Positions 49,850-59,066 of a stretch of 64,000 bases of DNA are shown in pieces (within the stretch, counting starts at the first letter, position 1; each line of letters begins with the position of its first letter). This DNA is from an uncultured Bacteroidaceae bacterium. Lineage in GTDB: Bacteria > Bacteroidota > Bacteroidia > Bacteroidales > SM23-62. The stretch spans positions 25,485 through 89,484 of the forward strand of contig CAVYEL010000032.1 in the NCBI GenBank assembly GCA_963767555.1. The letters are read 5' to 3'. The notes under the pieces were generated by a model. That model saw only the letters and a list, made by a program, of their open reading frames with translations, made no database searches and was not told the origin of the DNA. The position numbers and the translations under genes are program-made.

Positions 49850-52345
49850 CTATATTGCATTCTTTCTAATGAGCGAATACAAGAAAGCAAGCAGGTTGAG
49901 AAGGAAGATAAGAACCAGGCTCTGGATGAGACCTAGCAGAGGGACCAGCAGGATGGCAGTGAGCAATGCACCGGCTGCAGATCCAGCAAGATCTGTACTG
50001 TATAGCCGGGATGTTGTGGTTGTAATTCCGGACTGCCGGAGTTTGGCTGCTGATGCAAACAGGAGTCCGGTATCAAAAGCAACCAGGAATGTCAGGCCGA
50101 TGAAAATGGCATGCAATAGGCTATCGGCAAGCTGTATTCTTTCGATCAACAAAAAAACGATGGCCAGGAATCCAACAGTTACCGCAAGAAGGACCTGATT
50201 TAACCTGAACTTTGGATAAGTGATCTCTTTAAAGATCTTCTCAGCAAGCAATGCACCCGATGCCAGTCCGGACATAAAAACCGTCAATATGATGGCCAGA
50301 TACAGGTATATGTATCCAAAGACTACCTGTATACCCAGAAGAATGATTATCTCAGCAGCCGCACCTGTGAATCCTGCTGTAAAGATGCCTGTTTCAAGGG
50401 GACCGCTACGTAATCCTGCCAGCAGGATAAGCAGGATCAGGATTATCACGGGCATCCAGAAACCCGTCTTAAAATGACTCAGCCAGAATTTCAGTTGCAG
50501 AAAGTATGCCCGGGGATGGAGATCCTGATTGATGAGTTCTGCATCCTGAATGATCTCTTCAATCTGCTGGCTTCTTTCGCGGAGGCTGAAATGGTCAAGA
50601 TAATAAGGATTTACATACAGGGTTTCGATGCCTTTTTTTTCGATCAACCCTGGGATATCAATTTCAAGTTCAGCATCAGAAGCCAGAAAATAAGTCTTTT
50701 GTCCGGGTACCACCAGTACATGCCTGAAAGTCCTTTTAAGCGTACTAAATATCATGGAATACAGCCTTTCGGCTTCGGTGCTTACATAATTCTCCGCTCC
50801 CGGAAGGGATATGGCAATAATACCTTTGCTATGCAGGTGTAATTTCGCCTCCTGAAAGAACTCGGTCGTATAATACCTGTTAATCTGGGCCGTTCCCGGT
50901 GCAGGAAGGTTTGCCATGATCACATCATAGGCATACTGCGTCTTCCTGAGAAACTTTCTGCCGTCGGTATGTATAACATTAAACCATGGGAATTCCTCGT
51001 AATTCATGTGCGAGGATCGGATCCCTGTGATCCATCGGTTCAACTCCACATAATCAGCATGCCGTACTTCATATTTCGCTAATTCCGGGATGATCCCTGC
51101 CATGTCTCCTGACAGGATGAGCACAGTATCCGGATGATCATGCTGGACCATGGCGTAGTGGACATCCTCTTCAACAGCACTGGCATCAGATGAAATGGAA
51201 ACCGGTGTGCCATTTTCATAGATGGTGATCTGGTCACCCGCTTCAGTTACTACCAGGTTACCAAAAGGCGTATCACGCGTCTCAATGATCGTCTGATTTG
51301 GGAAAAGCAGGGCTCTGGTGCTACGATCCAGGTCTTTGATAAATACCAGTACAAAAACCAAAATGCTTATTAATCCTGCAAATATAATCCATCTTCGTCC
51401 TGCCTGATACATGAGAACGGCTACTGAAAGGTTTATGATCAGTACCAGGAACAGGATTTGAAAGGTGGTAAGGAAATATGCCAGGAGAAAACTGAAGAGG
51501 AGTCCGCCAACAATGCTTCCTGATGATTCGATGGCATAAGATTTCCCCAGCAGATTGGCTCCGTATTTCTGCGATAATACCACAGTCAGCCTTGTAAACA
51601 GGAAACCGGACAGGAGACAGAATAACAGCAGCATGGATGCAGAAAATATCAGGATGCCCCCTATGCCTGCCATGCTGCCGGCAGGAAAGGCTATATTTTT
51701 CAGTAACCTGATAAAAATAACTGTTAGCATGGGCAATAATCCCAAGAGAAAAAAACCGGTTGTATGCGTAAGGTTCTTTGCATTGGCGGTCGGGCCGGTG
51801 CGGCCTATAAGTGCACCTGTGCCAGTCAAGAGCATCCAGCAGGCAAAAATGATGCCGATGACAAGTTCATTCCCGTGAAAAACCGAGAGGAATTCCCGCA
51901 GGAATATCACCTGGGAAATAAGGGCAGTGAACCCAAGTGCCATCAAAGGGAGATTATCCTGGAATGTAAGCCGTGACGGAGCTTTTCCGGTAAACATTCC
52001 AAGCTCCCTGGGTATCGGTTTGGATTTATTTCTGCCGGCCCTGAGCAGGTCCCTGTAGTAATTCCAATGCCAGATGAAGTGAAAAACAGCAACTATGCTC
52101 ATGCTGATCCCAAAATCCACGTGCCATACCAGGAGCTCCTTAATCCACGGGATTTCCAGTTTGAAGTTTACCTGTACGGCCAGCAGGAGCCCCAGAACAG
52201 CGGTAATGAAAAAAGTAAATAAAAGTCCCGTATTCCAAATCTGCCTGTGTATTTTTCTGGAGAATACTCCGGTCCTGTATAGCAGGAAAGTAAGGGCATA
52301 AAGTATGATGATAGCAACACCGATGGGGATCAGGGCATATGGCAT
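49850..52345 (-). CDS. polytopic membrane protein with central spermidine-synthase-like (class I methyltransferase fold) domain (fused MFS/spermidine synthase type)
   Basis: 831 aa. About 8 N-terminal TM helices, a soluble domain (VLILSGDMAGIIPELAKY..YVELNRW..DVIMANLPAPGTAQINRYYTTEFF), then about 7 C-terminal TM helices. Confidence 0.65.
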   Translation of the reverse strand: MPYALIPIGVAIIILYALTFLLYRTGVFSRKIHRQIWNTGLLFTFFITAVLGLLLAVQVNFKLEIPWIKELLVWHVDFGISMSIVAVFHFIWHWNYYRDLLRAGRNKSKPIPRELGMFTGKAPSRLTFQDNLPLMALGFTALISQVIFLREFLSVFHGNELVIGIIFACWMLLTGTGALIGRTGPTANAKNLTHTTGFFLLGLLPMLTVIFIRLLKNIAFPAGSMAGIGGILIFSASMLLLFCLLSGFLFTRLTVVLSQKYGANLLGKSYAIESSGSIVGGLLFSFLLAYFLTTFQILFLVLIINLSVAVLMYQAGRRWIIFAGLISILVFVLVFIKDLDRSTRALLFPNQTIIETRDTPFGNLVVTEAGDQITIYENGTPVSISSDASAVEEDVHYAMVQHDHPDTVLILSGDMAGIIPELAKYEVRHADYVELNRWITGIRSSHMNYEEFPWFNVIHTDGRKFLRKTQYAYDVIMANLPAPGTAQINRYYTTEFFQEAKLHLHSKGIIAISLPGAENYVSTEAERLYSMIFSTLKRTFRHVLVVPGQKTYFLASDAELEIDIPGLIEKKGIETLYVNPYYLDHFSLRERSQQIEEIIQDAELINQDLHPRAYFLQLKFWLSHFKTGFWMPVIILILLILLAGLRSGPLETGIFTAGFTGAAAEIIILLGIQVVFGYIYLYLAIILTVFMSGLASGALLAEKIFKEITYPKFRLNQVLLAVTVGFLAIVFLLIERIQLADSLLHAIFIGLTFLVAFDTGLLFASAAKLRQSGITTTTSRLYSTDLAGSAAGALLTAILLVPLLGLIQSLVLIFLLNLLAFLYSLIRKNAI

Positions 52346-52360
52346 AGGTCCGTAGACTGC

Positions 52361-53863
52361 TTATTCTTTACTGAATTCATGTTCGGAAAAGATGATTGCC
52401 TCATAGGTATAGATCTCAGCATCTTTCCATCCGTTCCATCCGATCTGGGCCTTGTCCCGGGCACAGTGGCCCAGGAATTCTTCCAGGGTCCAACCAGTCT
52501 GTGTAGCCACTTGTGGCAGAAAAGTCCCGGAATTCGATCCCTTCTTAATGTAGATCCCATGAACTCCCAGCAGGATCTCTGATGGATCATTTATCCTGAC
52601 CAGGGGGGTTAGTACTGAGATCTCCAGATCAATTTCTTCCAGCTCTGCAGGAGTGACAGGTTTAAACCGGTGGTCTTTGGTGGATGCAGAGATGGTCATG
52701 TCACGAACTACCTGGTACAATGGTTGATCCGGCTGAAAGCGTCCAATGCATCCCCTCAGATTACCATTTTTGTGAAGCGTGACAAAAGCACCGGCATGAG
52801 TCTCAAGAGCTGCCGAATAATGGTCATTTTTAACAGGCTGGATCTTTCCATTCCCTATATAATTGTCAAGGGTTAGTCTGGTAATTTTGAGCAGATCCAT
52901 TTTGTCTTCTTTACTTAACATGAAACGGGCTTCGTTTTTATTTCCTTCATTTGAGACAGCAATGGAACAGTATCCAACCACCCTGCTCTTGTCCCCGTGC
53001 CTTGAATCTCCTGAATTCTGATATTGTACCAGCTTGTAGCTGATGTCGTCAGATTTCTCTTCAGTCATATACAACAGGGTCAGAATGGCAGGCCAAGCAC
53101 AGGCTGATGTAGCTAAGTTAGGAATATTTTTTTCCTCATTCTCATCAATGGCTGATAGAAATTTTTCGACAGAATTCGAGCAGATGGCTTTTGCCGTTCT
53201 GATATCCACCTCAGTAGCGCTCTGGTAATCTGGATAGTGGGAAAAATCTGCACTGATGACAAACAGGTTGTCTTCATTGAGATATGGTTCCAGTGCTCTT
53301 GCAATCTTCTGGCAGGTCCGGGGAGAGTGGGTCCCCAGCAGGATGGGCACAAGTTTAAAATCCTTTTCCATGTAATTCTGCAGGAATGGAAGCTGAACCT
53401 CCAGACTGTGCTCGCTGAGGTGTGCCTGTTCATGCTTGATAAAAACTGTTTCCTCATTCGTAAGCTCCAGGGCCAGGTCCTGGTTTACCGGAACCACCCC
53501 GAAGGGTGTTTCAAAATCACCAGATTGGTATATGGCTGCCCCTTCAAAGGCAAACCTGTGGCTGGAGCCGATCACAAAAATATTTTGATAAGATCTGGAG
53601 GCATCCACCTGTCTGTAACTGCTCGCAGCCACCTCTCCTGAGAAGGGATAGCCGGCATGGGGAGCAATAATGGCCAGTACCTGTCCTGAGGTTGAACCCG
53701 GTAAGGCGCGACTGAAAAGGAATTCCAGGTCCTTCTTCAGGATGTCAGGATCAGCAGAATAGAATGATCCTGCTACAGCCGGGGGTCGTGTTTTTACCTG
53801 TGCATTTGAATGACCGCCAAGGGAAAGGAGCAGGGTCATGATGAAAATAACTGATTTCAACAT
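52361..53863 (-). CDS. fusion of AmmeMemoRadiSam system protein B (MEMO1-like) and protein A (AMMECR1-like), with N-terminal signal peptide
   Basis: MLKSVIFIMTLLLSLGGHSNA|QV, then PAVAGSFY, IIAPHAGYPFSG and the MEMO-like half. The C-terminal half has GAFVTLHKNGNLRGCIGRF and DHRFKPV. Confidence 0.8.
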   Translation of the reverse strand: MLKSVIFIMTLLLSLGGHSNAQVKTRPPAVAGSFYSADPDILKKDLEFLFSRALPGSTSGQVLAIIAPHAGYPFSGEVAASSYRQVDASRSYQNIFVIGSSHRFAFEGAAIYQSGDFETPFGVVPVNQDLALELTNEETVFIKHEQAHLSEHSLEVQLPFLQNYMEKDFKLVPILLGTHSPRTCQKIARALEPYLNEDNLFVISADFSHYPDYQSATEVDIRTAKAICSNSVEKFLSAIDENEEKNIPNLATSACAWPAILTLLYMTEEKSDDISYKLVQYQNSGDSRHGDKSRVVGYCSIAVSNEGNKNEARFMLSKEDKMDLLKITRLTLDNYIGNGKIQPVKNDHYSAALETHAGAFVTLHKNGNLRGCIGRFQPDQPLYQVVRDMTISASTKDHRFKPVTPAELEEIDLEISVLTPLVRINDPSEILLGVHGIYIKKGSNSGTFLPQVATQTGWTLEEFLGHCARDKAQIGWNGWKDAEIYTYEAIIFSEHEFSKE

Positions 53864-53930
53864 TAGGATTAGGTTTAGAACAAATTTAAAGAGAAATTTA
53901 ATACGGGATAATTAATTAAATTTGTTTTCA

Positions 53931-54305
53931 ATGGAAAAAATTAGAATTGAGACCGGGAATATCAGTCTTACCGCCGAACTGAATGGATCAGATACAGCCA
54001 TCAGTATATACAATATGCTTCCACTCAGCGGGACAGCTAATATCTGGGGTGATGAAGTGTATTTCACCATACCTATCCACCTGGAACAGTCAGCAGATGC
54101 ACGTCAGGAGGTCAGGGTCGGTGACCTTGGATTCTGGCCAGCCGGAGATGCCTTCTGTATCTTTTTTGGACCCACGCCCGTAAGTACCAGTGAGTTCCCC
54201 AAAGCTTACAGTCCGGTGAATGTATTTGGCCGCATCCTGGGAGAAACAACGGTGTTGAGAAAAGTAAGCAACGGGGATGAAATTAAGGTAACAAAAGAGA
54301 TATGA
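53931..54305 (+). CDS. cyclophilin-like fold protein (uncharacterised family)
   Basis: About 124 aa. Contains WGDEVYFTIP and GDLGFWPAGDAFCIFFGPTP. Confidence 0.45.
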   Translation: MEKIRIETGNISLTAELNGSDTAISIYNMLPLSGTANIWGDEVYFTIPIHLEQSADARQEVRVGDLGFWPAGDAFCIFFGPTPVSTSEFPKAYSPVNVFGRILGETTVLRKVSNGDEIKVTKEI

Positions 54306-55627
54306 AATATATCCAGCGCTTCCTACAGTTTGTAAAAACAGAAGTCTGGCTTCTCGAAACCAGCAAATATAACCCGGTACTAGGTTTCCTGATCAGGCAA
54401 CTCAGGATCATCATTATTGCCATAAAGGGCTTCAGGGATCACAGGATACAGTTGAGGGCATCTGCACTCACTTTTTATTCCTTGCTTTCCATTGTACCGG
54501 TAGCAGCCATGGTATTCGGGATTGCCGAAGGATTTGGATTTAAGACAAGGCTGGAAAATGAAGTGAATAAGTTGATCTCTGAACGTGAAGAGATGTCAGA
54601 GGTCCTTGAATATGTCCTTGAATTTGCCAATTCCATGCTTGAAAATATCAATGGAGGTATTATTGCCGGGGTAGGCCTGCTGTTTTTATTCTGGTCTGTC
54701 ATGAAATTACTGGGCAATATTGAAAACTCATTTAATGTGATCTGGCAGATCAGAAAACCCAGGGCATTTGCAAGGAAATTTGCGGATTACCTCTCCATGA
54801 TGCTCATAGCACCCATACTGTTTTTCCTCAGCAGTACAATTACTGTCTATCTGGGAAATATTGCCGGTTCAGAGTCAATTGTCGGGGAAAGCCTTGGCCC
54901 CTTGCTTCTTTTCCTTGTCAAGCTGATGCCCTATATATTGATATTTTTGCTGTTTACACTTCTGTATGTAATCATGCCCAATACCAAGGTGCAGTTCAAA
55001 TATGCACTGAATGCAGGCCTGATTGCAGGGATCATTTTCCAGATCACACAGTTTATTTATATCTATTTCCAGGTTGGAGTTGGCAGATATGGCATGATCT
55101 ATGGAAGTTTTGTCGCATTGCCCCTTTTCCTTATCTGGCTTCAGCTATCTTGGTTAATTGTATTACTTGGAGCCGAAATGTCTTTTGCCTACCAGAACCT
55201 CGAGAAATATGAGTTTGAATCCGAGGTCTTAAGTATTTCAAGGAAGAACAGGCGATTGCTTACTTTTTTATTAATGCATGCTATCATTAAGAAATTTCAA
55301 ACAGGAGAAAACCCGAACACTGCAGCCCAGCTAGGGCATGAACTTGGGATCCCAATACGTCTCGTCCGGGATATTATTTACGACCTACTGGAGGCCAGGC
55401 TGGTAGTTGAGGCATCCACAGAAAGTCCGAAAGAGAACGGCTTTGTCCCTGCGCTCGATATAAACAAGATCGATATAAGCTTGCTGGTCGAGCGGCTTGA
55501 ATTGTCCGGTGACGATCGCCTGATGGCCGATCAGTCAAAGCATCTCAAAACTTTTGCGGATATCCAGCGATCAATCCATGAGGCAATTAATAAATCACCT
55601 GCCAATAAATTGTTGAAAGATTTGTAG
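54302..55627 (+). CDS. YihY/BrkB-family membrane protein with C-terminal winged-helix-like extension
   Basis: 441 aa. Contains LRASALTFYSLLSIVP, six TM helices and GAEMSFAYQN, plus an extra soluble C-terminus of about 130 aa. Confidence 0.7.
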   Translation: MKYIQRFLQFVKTEVWLLETSKYNPVLGFLIRQLRIIIIAIKGFRDHRIQLRASALTFYSLLSIVPVAAMVFGIAEGFGFKTRLENEVNKLISEREEMSEVLEYVLEFANSMLENINGGIIAGVGLLFLFWSVMKLLGNIENSFNVIWQIRKPRAFARKFADYLSMMLIAPILFFLSSTITVYLGNIAGSESIVGESLGPLLLFLVKLMPYILIFLLFTLLYVIMPNTKVQFKYALNAGLIAGIIFQITQFIYIYFQVGVGRYGMIYGSFVALPLFLIWLQLSWLIVLLGAEMSFAYQNLEKYEFESEVLSISRKNRRLLTFLLMHAIIKKFQTGENPNTAAQLGHELGIPIRLVRDIIYDLLEARLVVEASTESPKENGFVPALDINKIDISLLVERLELSGDDRLMADQSKHLKTFADIQRSIHEAINKSPANKLLKDL

Positions 55628-55690
55628 GTTTGGGACTATTGGGTCCAAACCTTTAGCTCCAAACTATCATTTCGTCATGAAATAATTTAT

Positions 55691-55698
55691 TAATTTTG
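55691..55698 (+). promoter_or_regulatory. candidate -7 promoter box TAATTTTG (TAnnTTTG) for the his leader transcript
   Basis: Consensus match 47 nt upstream of the leader ATG. Confidence 0.3.
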
Positions 55699-55744
55699 CA
55701 GTTCTGAAGGATTCTTTATATAATTGCATCAAATTAACAGGAAT

Positions 55745-55789
55745 ATGAATTTTACAACTGCATACCACGGGCATCATCATCACAGATGA
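55745..55789 (+). CDS. hisL: his operon leader peptide MNFTTAYHGHHHHR*
   Basis: 14-codon ORF with 5 His codons among its last 7 sense codons (CAC..CAT CAT CAT CAC). It lies 80 nt upstream of hisG and is followed by alternative hairpins and a terminator. Confidence 0.7.
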   Translation: MNFTTAYHGHHHHR

Positions 55790-55855
55790 CCGGGAATGGT
55801 ATGCAGCTTATCGAATAAACTTTATAAATCAAGGTTTGCAGATGCTGCAAACCTT
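55758..55855 (+). promoter_or_regulatory. his attenuator RNA: mutually exclusive helices A:B, B:D (antiterminator) and C:D (terminator)
   Basis: A is 55758-55767 CTGCATACCA and B is 55797-55806 TGGTATGCAG; they pair perfectly over 10 bp. B (55798-55807) pairs with D (55844-55853 GCTGCAAACC) at 9/10 bp. C (55831-55841) pairs with D' (55845-55855) over 11 bp. Confidence 0.65.
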
Positions 55856-55866
55856 TTTTTGTTTTT
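55831..55866 (+). terminator. rho-independent terminator of the his attenuator
   Basis: AAGGTTTGCAG-ATG-CTGCAAACCTT followed by TTTTTGTTTTT. It ends 4 nt before the hisG ATG. Confidence 0.75.
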
Positions 55867-55869
55867 ATT

Positions 55870-56728
55870 ATGGAGAAATTAAGCATTGCCATACAGAAGT
55901 CCGGACGCCTCAGTGAGCAGTCACTGGAGCTTCTGAAGGAATCAGGTATTAAACTGGCAAACGGAAACAGGAAACTTTTATCAGCTGCAAGAAATTTTCC
56001 AATGGAAGCCGTTTTCCTGAGGGATGACGATATCCCCCAGTATGTATTTGACAAGGTCACAGATGTGGGAATTGTAGGAGAAAATGTGGTAATGGAAAAA
56101 GGGCATGATCTGCAAATCATTGAACGTCTCGGGTTTGCCCGCTGCCGTCTTTCCATTGCCCTGCCAAAAGGAGAAACTTACAATGGAGTAGGGGACCTGG
56201 ATGGCAAACGGATTGCCACATCCTATCCTGAGATCCTGGGGACTTTTCTACACGAAAATCATCTTGATTGCGAGATACATGAGATCAGCGGATCCGTGGA
56301 GATCGCCCCTGGTATTGGGCTTGCCGATGCAATTTTCGACATAGTCAGCACAGGCAGTACCCTGATCAGTAATGGATTACGAGAAGTCGAAGTAGTCGCG
56401 CATTCAGAAGCTGTACTGGTTGCCAATAAGGAAATGATCAGAAGCGGCTCAGCAAATCCTTGATAAGCTGATTTTCCGGATGAGAGCCGTGCAAAAAGCC
56501 AAGAACAATAAATACATTTTACTAAATGCACCTAATGATAAACTGGATGATATTGCAGCTGCCATCCCCGGGATGAAGAGTCCGACAATAATGCCGCTTG
56601 CAGAAGAAGGCTGGAGTTCAGTGCATTCAGTCCTGAATGAAAATGATTTCTGGGAGGTAATTGACAAGTTGCAGGAGCATGGTGCACAGGGTATCCTCGT
56701 AATCCCGATTGAGAAAATGATAACCTGA
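55870..56728 (+). CDS. hisG: ATP phosphoribosyltransferase (long form), one apparent frameshift at about 56425-56445
   Basis: LSIAIQKSGRL, DIPQYV and DIVSTGSTL, plus the C-terminal regulatory domain in the second ORF (..ILDKLIFRMRAVQKAKNNKYILLNAP..GILVIPIEKM). Confidence 0.85.
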
Positions 56729-56732
56729 AGCA

Positions 56733-58025
56733 ATGGAGATCTTTGTAAATCCACCAAAAGACCAGTGGTCTTCGATATTGGCCAGGCCGGAAACAGATTT
56801 TTCCGGACTCAGGAATAATGTGATAAGCATCCTTGATAGGGTACGGGCGGAGGGGGACAGGGCCCTGAAAGATTATACCCTGGCCTTTGATCAGGTTGAA
56901 CTGCAGGAGATCCGGCTCCCGGTAGAAGAGATCAGGGATTCCGGTCAGCAAATTTCTGAATCCCTGAAGGATGCCATAGCCGTTGCACAGTCAAATATTG
57001 AGCGTTTTCATAAAAGCCAGAAACCGGAGGACCTTGTAATCAATACCATGCCCGGTGTGGAATGCCGCCTGAAATATCTGCCTATTGAAAATGTGGGACT
57101 GTATATCCCCGGAGGGACAGCTCCCCTGCTGTCAACCGTACTGATGCTGGGCATTCCTGCCAGGATTGCAGGATGCCAGGAGATCATCCTCTGTACGCCG
57201 CCCAAAGCAGATGGCAATGTTCATCCGGCCATATTGTATTGTGCCAGCATCCTTGGCATTGAAAAAATCTACCCGGTTGGAGGAGCCCAGGCCATTGCCG
57301 CCATGGCCTATGGTACCGAAAGTATACCAAAGATGGACAAGATCTTTGGTCCGGGTAACCAGTTTGTGACGATTGCCAAACAACTTGTCAGTCTCGAGGA
57401 TGTTGCCATTGATATGCCGGCAGGACCCTCGGAAGTAGCTGTTATTGCAGACCACAGTGCTGATCCTGCATTCATTGCAGCTGACCTGCTTTCACAGGCA
57501 GAACATGGAACAGACAGCCAGGTGATCCTGGTGGCTACCCGGGAGAAGATCATTACAAAGGTCAGGGCTGAACTGGATAAACAGCTGGCCACACTTCCCA
57601 GGAAAGAAATTGCTGAGGCTGCCCTGAGGAACAGCAGGATGATTGTCATGGATGACATGGAGAACATACTGGACATGATCAACAGTTATGCCCCTGAACA
57701 CTTGATTATCCAATGCCGGGATTATGAAGAAGTGGGCAGCAGGATACGCAATGCAGGATCTGTATTCCTGGGACCCAATACACCTGAAAGTGCGGGGGAT
57801 TATGCATCCGGCACCAACCATACACTGCCGACAGGGGGATATGCCAGGGCATACAGCGGTATTGGACTGGAAAGCTTTATGAAGAGGATCAGCTACCAGG
57901 AGATCAGTGAGGATGGACTGACCAACCTGGGACCAACAATCAAGATCATGGCAGAGGAAGAGGAGTTGATGGCCCACAGCCTTGCTGTGGATATCAGGCT
58001 GAGGAAATTGACCGAAAAGTGTTAG
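56733..58025 (+). CDS. hisD: histidinol dehydrogenase
   Basis: 430-aa intact ORF. Contains GPGNQFVTIAK, SQAEHG and DYASGTNHTLPT. Confidence 0.9.
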   Translation: MEIFVNPPKDQWSSILARPETDFSGLRNNVISILDRVRAEGDRALKDYTLAFDQVELQEIRLPVEEIRDSGQQISESLKDAIAVAQSNIERFHKSQKPEDLVINTMPGVECRLKYLPIENVGLYIPGGTAPLLSTVLMLGIPARIAGCQEIILCTPPKADGNVHPAILYCASILGIEKIYPVGGAQAIAAMAYGTESIPKMDKIFGPGNQFVTIAKQLVSLEDVAIDMPAGPSEVAVIADHSADPAFIAADLLSQAEHGTDSQVILVATREKIITKVRAELDKQLATLPRKEIAEAALRNSRMIVMDDMENILDMINSYAPEHLIIQCRDYEEVGSRIRNAGSVFLGPNTPESAGDYASGTNHTLPTGGYARAYSGIGLESFMKRISYQEISEDGLTNLGPTIKIMAEEEELMAHSLAVDIRLRKLTEKC

Positions 58026-58028
58026 TAA

Positions 58029-59066
58029 ATGAGTAGCATTAAAAGCCTTATACGGAAAAATATCAGGGAATTGATCCCATATTCCTCTGCCCGGGATGAA
58101 TATTCAGGAGAGGGAGCAGTATTGCTGGATGCTAATGAAAGTCCCTACAATGAACCATTCAACAGGTATCCGGACCCTGTCCAGATGGTCCTGAAAGAAA
58201 AGATCTCGGAAATTATTTCCACCCCGGTTGAACGGATCTTCCTGGGCAATGGCAGCGATGAAGCCATAGACCTGTTGATCAGGATTTTTTGTGAACCCGG
58301 AACAGACAGGATCATTATTATTGATCCTTCTTACGGGATGTATAAGGTTTGTGCTGATATCAACAATGTATCAGTGGATTTTGTAAGCCTGAACAGGGAT
58401 TTCAGCCTGGATGCGGAGCGTCTGCTGGCAGCTGTCAGAGAAGAGACAAAAATGATCTTCCTCTGTTCACCTAATAATCCCAGTGCAAACCTGCTTGGGG
58501 AAGCAGAGATTGCCAGGATACTTTCGGAATTTAAAGGCATGGTTGTCCTGGATGAAGCATATGTTGATTTTTGCGGTGCGGATGGAATGCTTCCTTTGCA
58601 GGGTAATTACAGTAACCTTATTATCCTGAGAACGCTCTCCAAGGCATGGGGACTGGCGGGTATAAGACTGGGCATGGCCCTGGCGGATCCGGAGGTGATC
58701 CAGTTCATGAACAGGGTTAAGTATCCCTATAACGTGAATTACCTGACCCAGGTGAAAGCACTGGAGATGCTCGGATCGACAGCAAGCCGGGAAAAGTGGG
58801 TAGAAGAGATCCTGGCTGAGAGAAAAAAGCTTGAAGCTGCCCTGGAAGAGATCCATTATGTATTGAAGATTTTTCCATCTGACGCTAATTTCCTGTTAGT
58901 CAGGGTGGAGGACCCCGATGGGCTATATGCATTTTTGTACGAGCAGGGTGTAATTGTCAGAAATCGTTCCCGTCTGACACATTGTGAAGGCTGCCTTCGC
59001 ATTACAGTTGGGACCCCTGATGAGAATATCAGGCTAATTGAACTCATGAAATTCTACCTTCGATGA
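58029..59066 (+). CDS. hisC: histidinol-phosphate aminotransferase
   Basis: 345-aa intact ORF. Contains [14 protein letters not shown]-like SPNNPSAN and [16 protein letters not shown] (PLP Lys). Confidence 0.9.
   Translation: MSSIKSLIRKNIRELIPYSSARDEYSGEGAVLLDANESPYNEPFNRYPDPVQMVLKEKISEIISTPVERIFLGNGSDEAIDLLIRIFCEPGTDRIIIIDPSYGMYKVCADINNVSVDFVSLNRDFSLDAERLLAAVREETKMIFLCSPNNPSANLLGEAEIARILSEFKGMVVLDEAYVDFCGADGMLPLQGNYSNLIILRTLSKAWGLAGIRLGMALADPEVIQFMNRVKYPYNVNYLTQVKALEMLGSTASREKWVEEILAERKKLEAALEEIHYVLKIFPSDANFLLVRVEDPDGLYAFLYEQGVIVRNRSRLTHCEGCLRITVGTPDENIRLIELMKFYLR

Noticed and set aside
55628-55670. Hairpin GTTTGG-N11-CCAAAC after yihY, considered as a terminator.
   Set aside because: The stem is only about 6-7 bp with a G-U pair, and no T-tract follows. 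It is too weak to call.
55752-56156. 134-aa minus-strand ORF covering the his leader and the 5' part of hisG.
   Set aside because: It is antisense to a well-supported hisG and to the attenuator. It has no motif and is Ser/Arg-rich. Treated as spurious.
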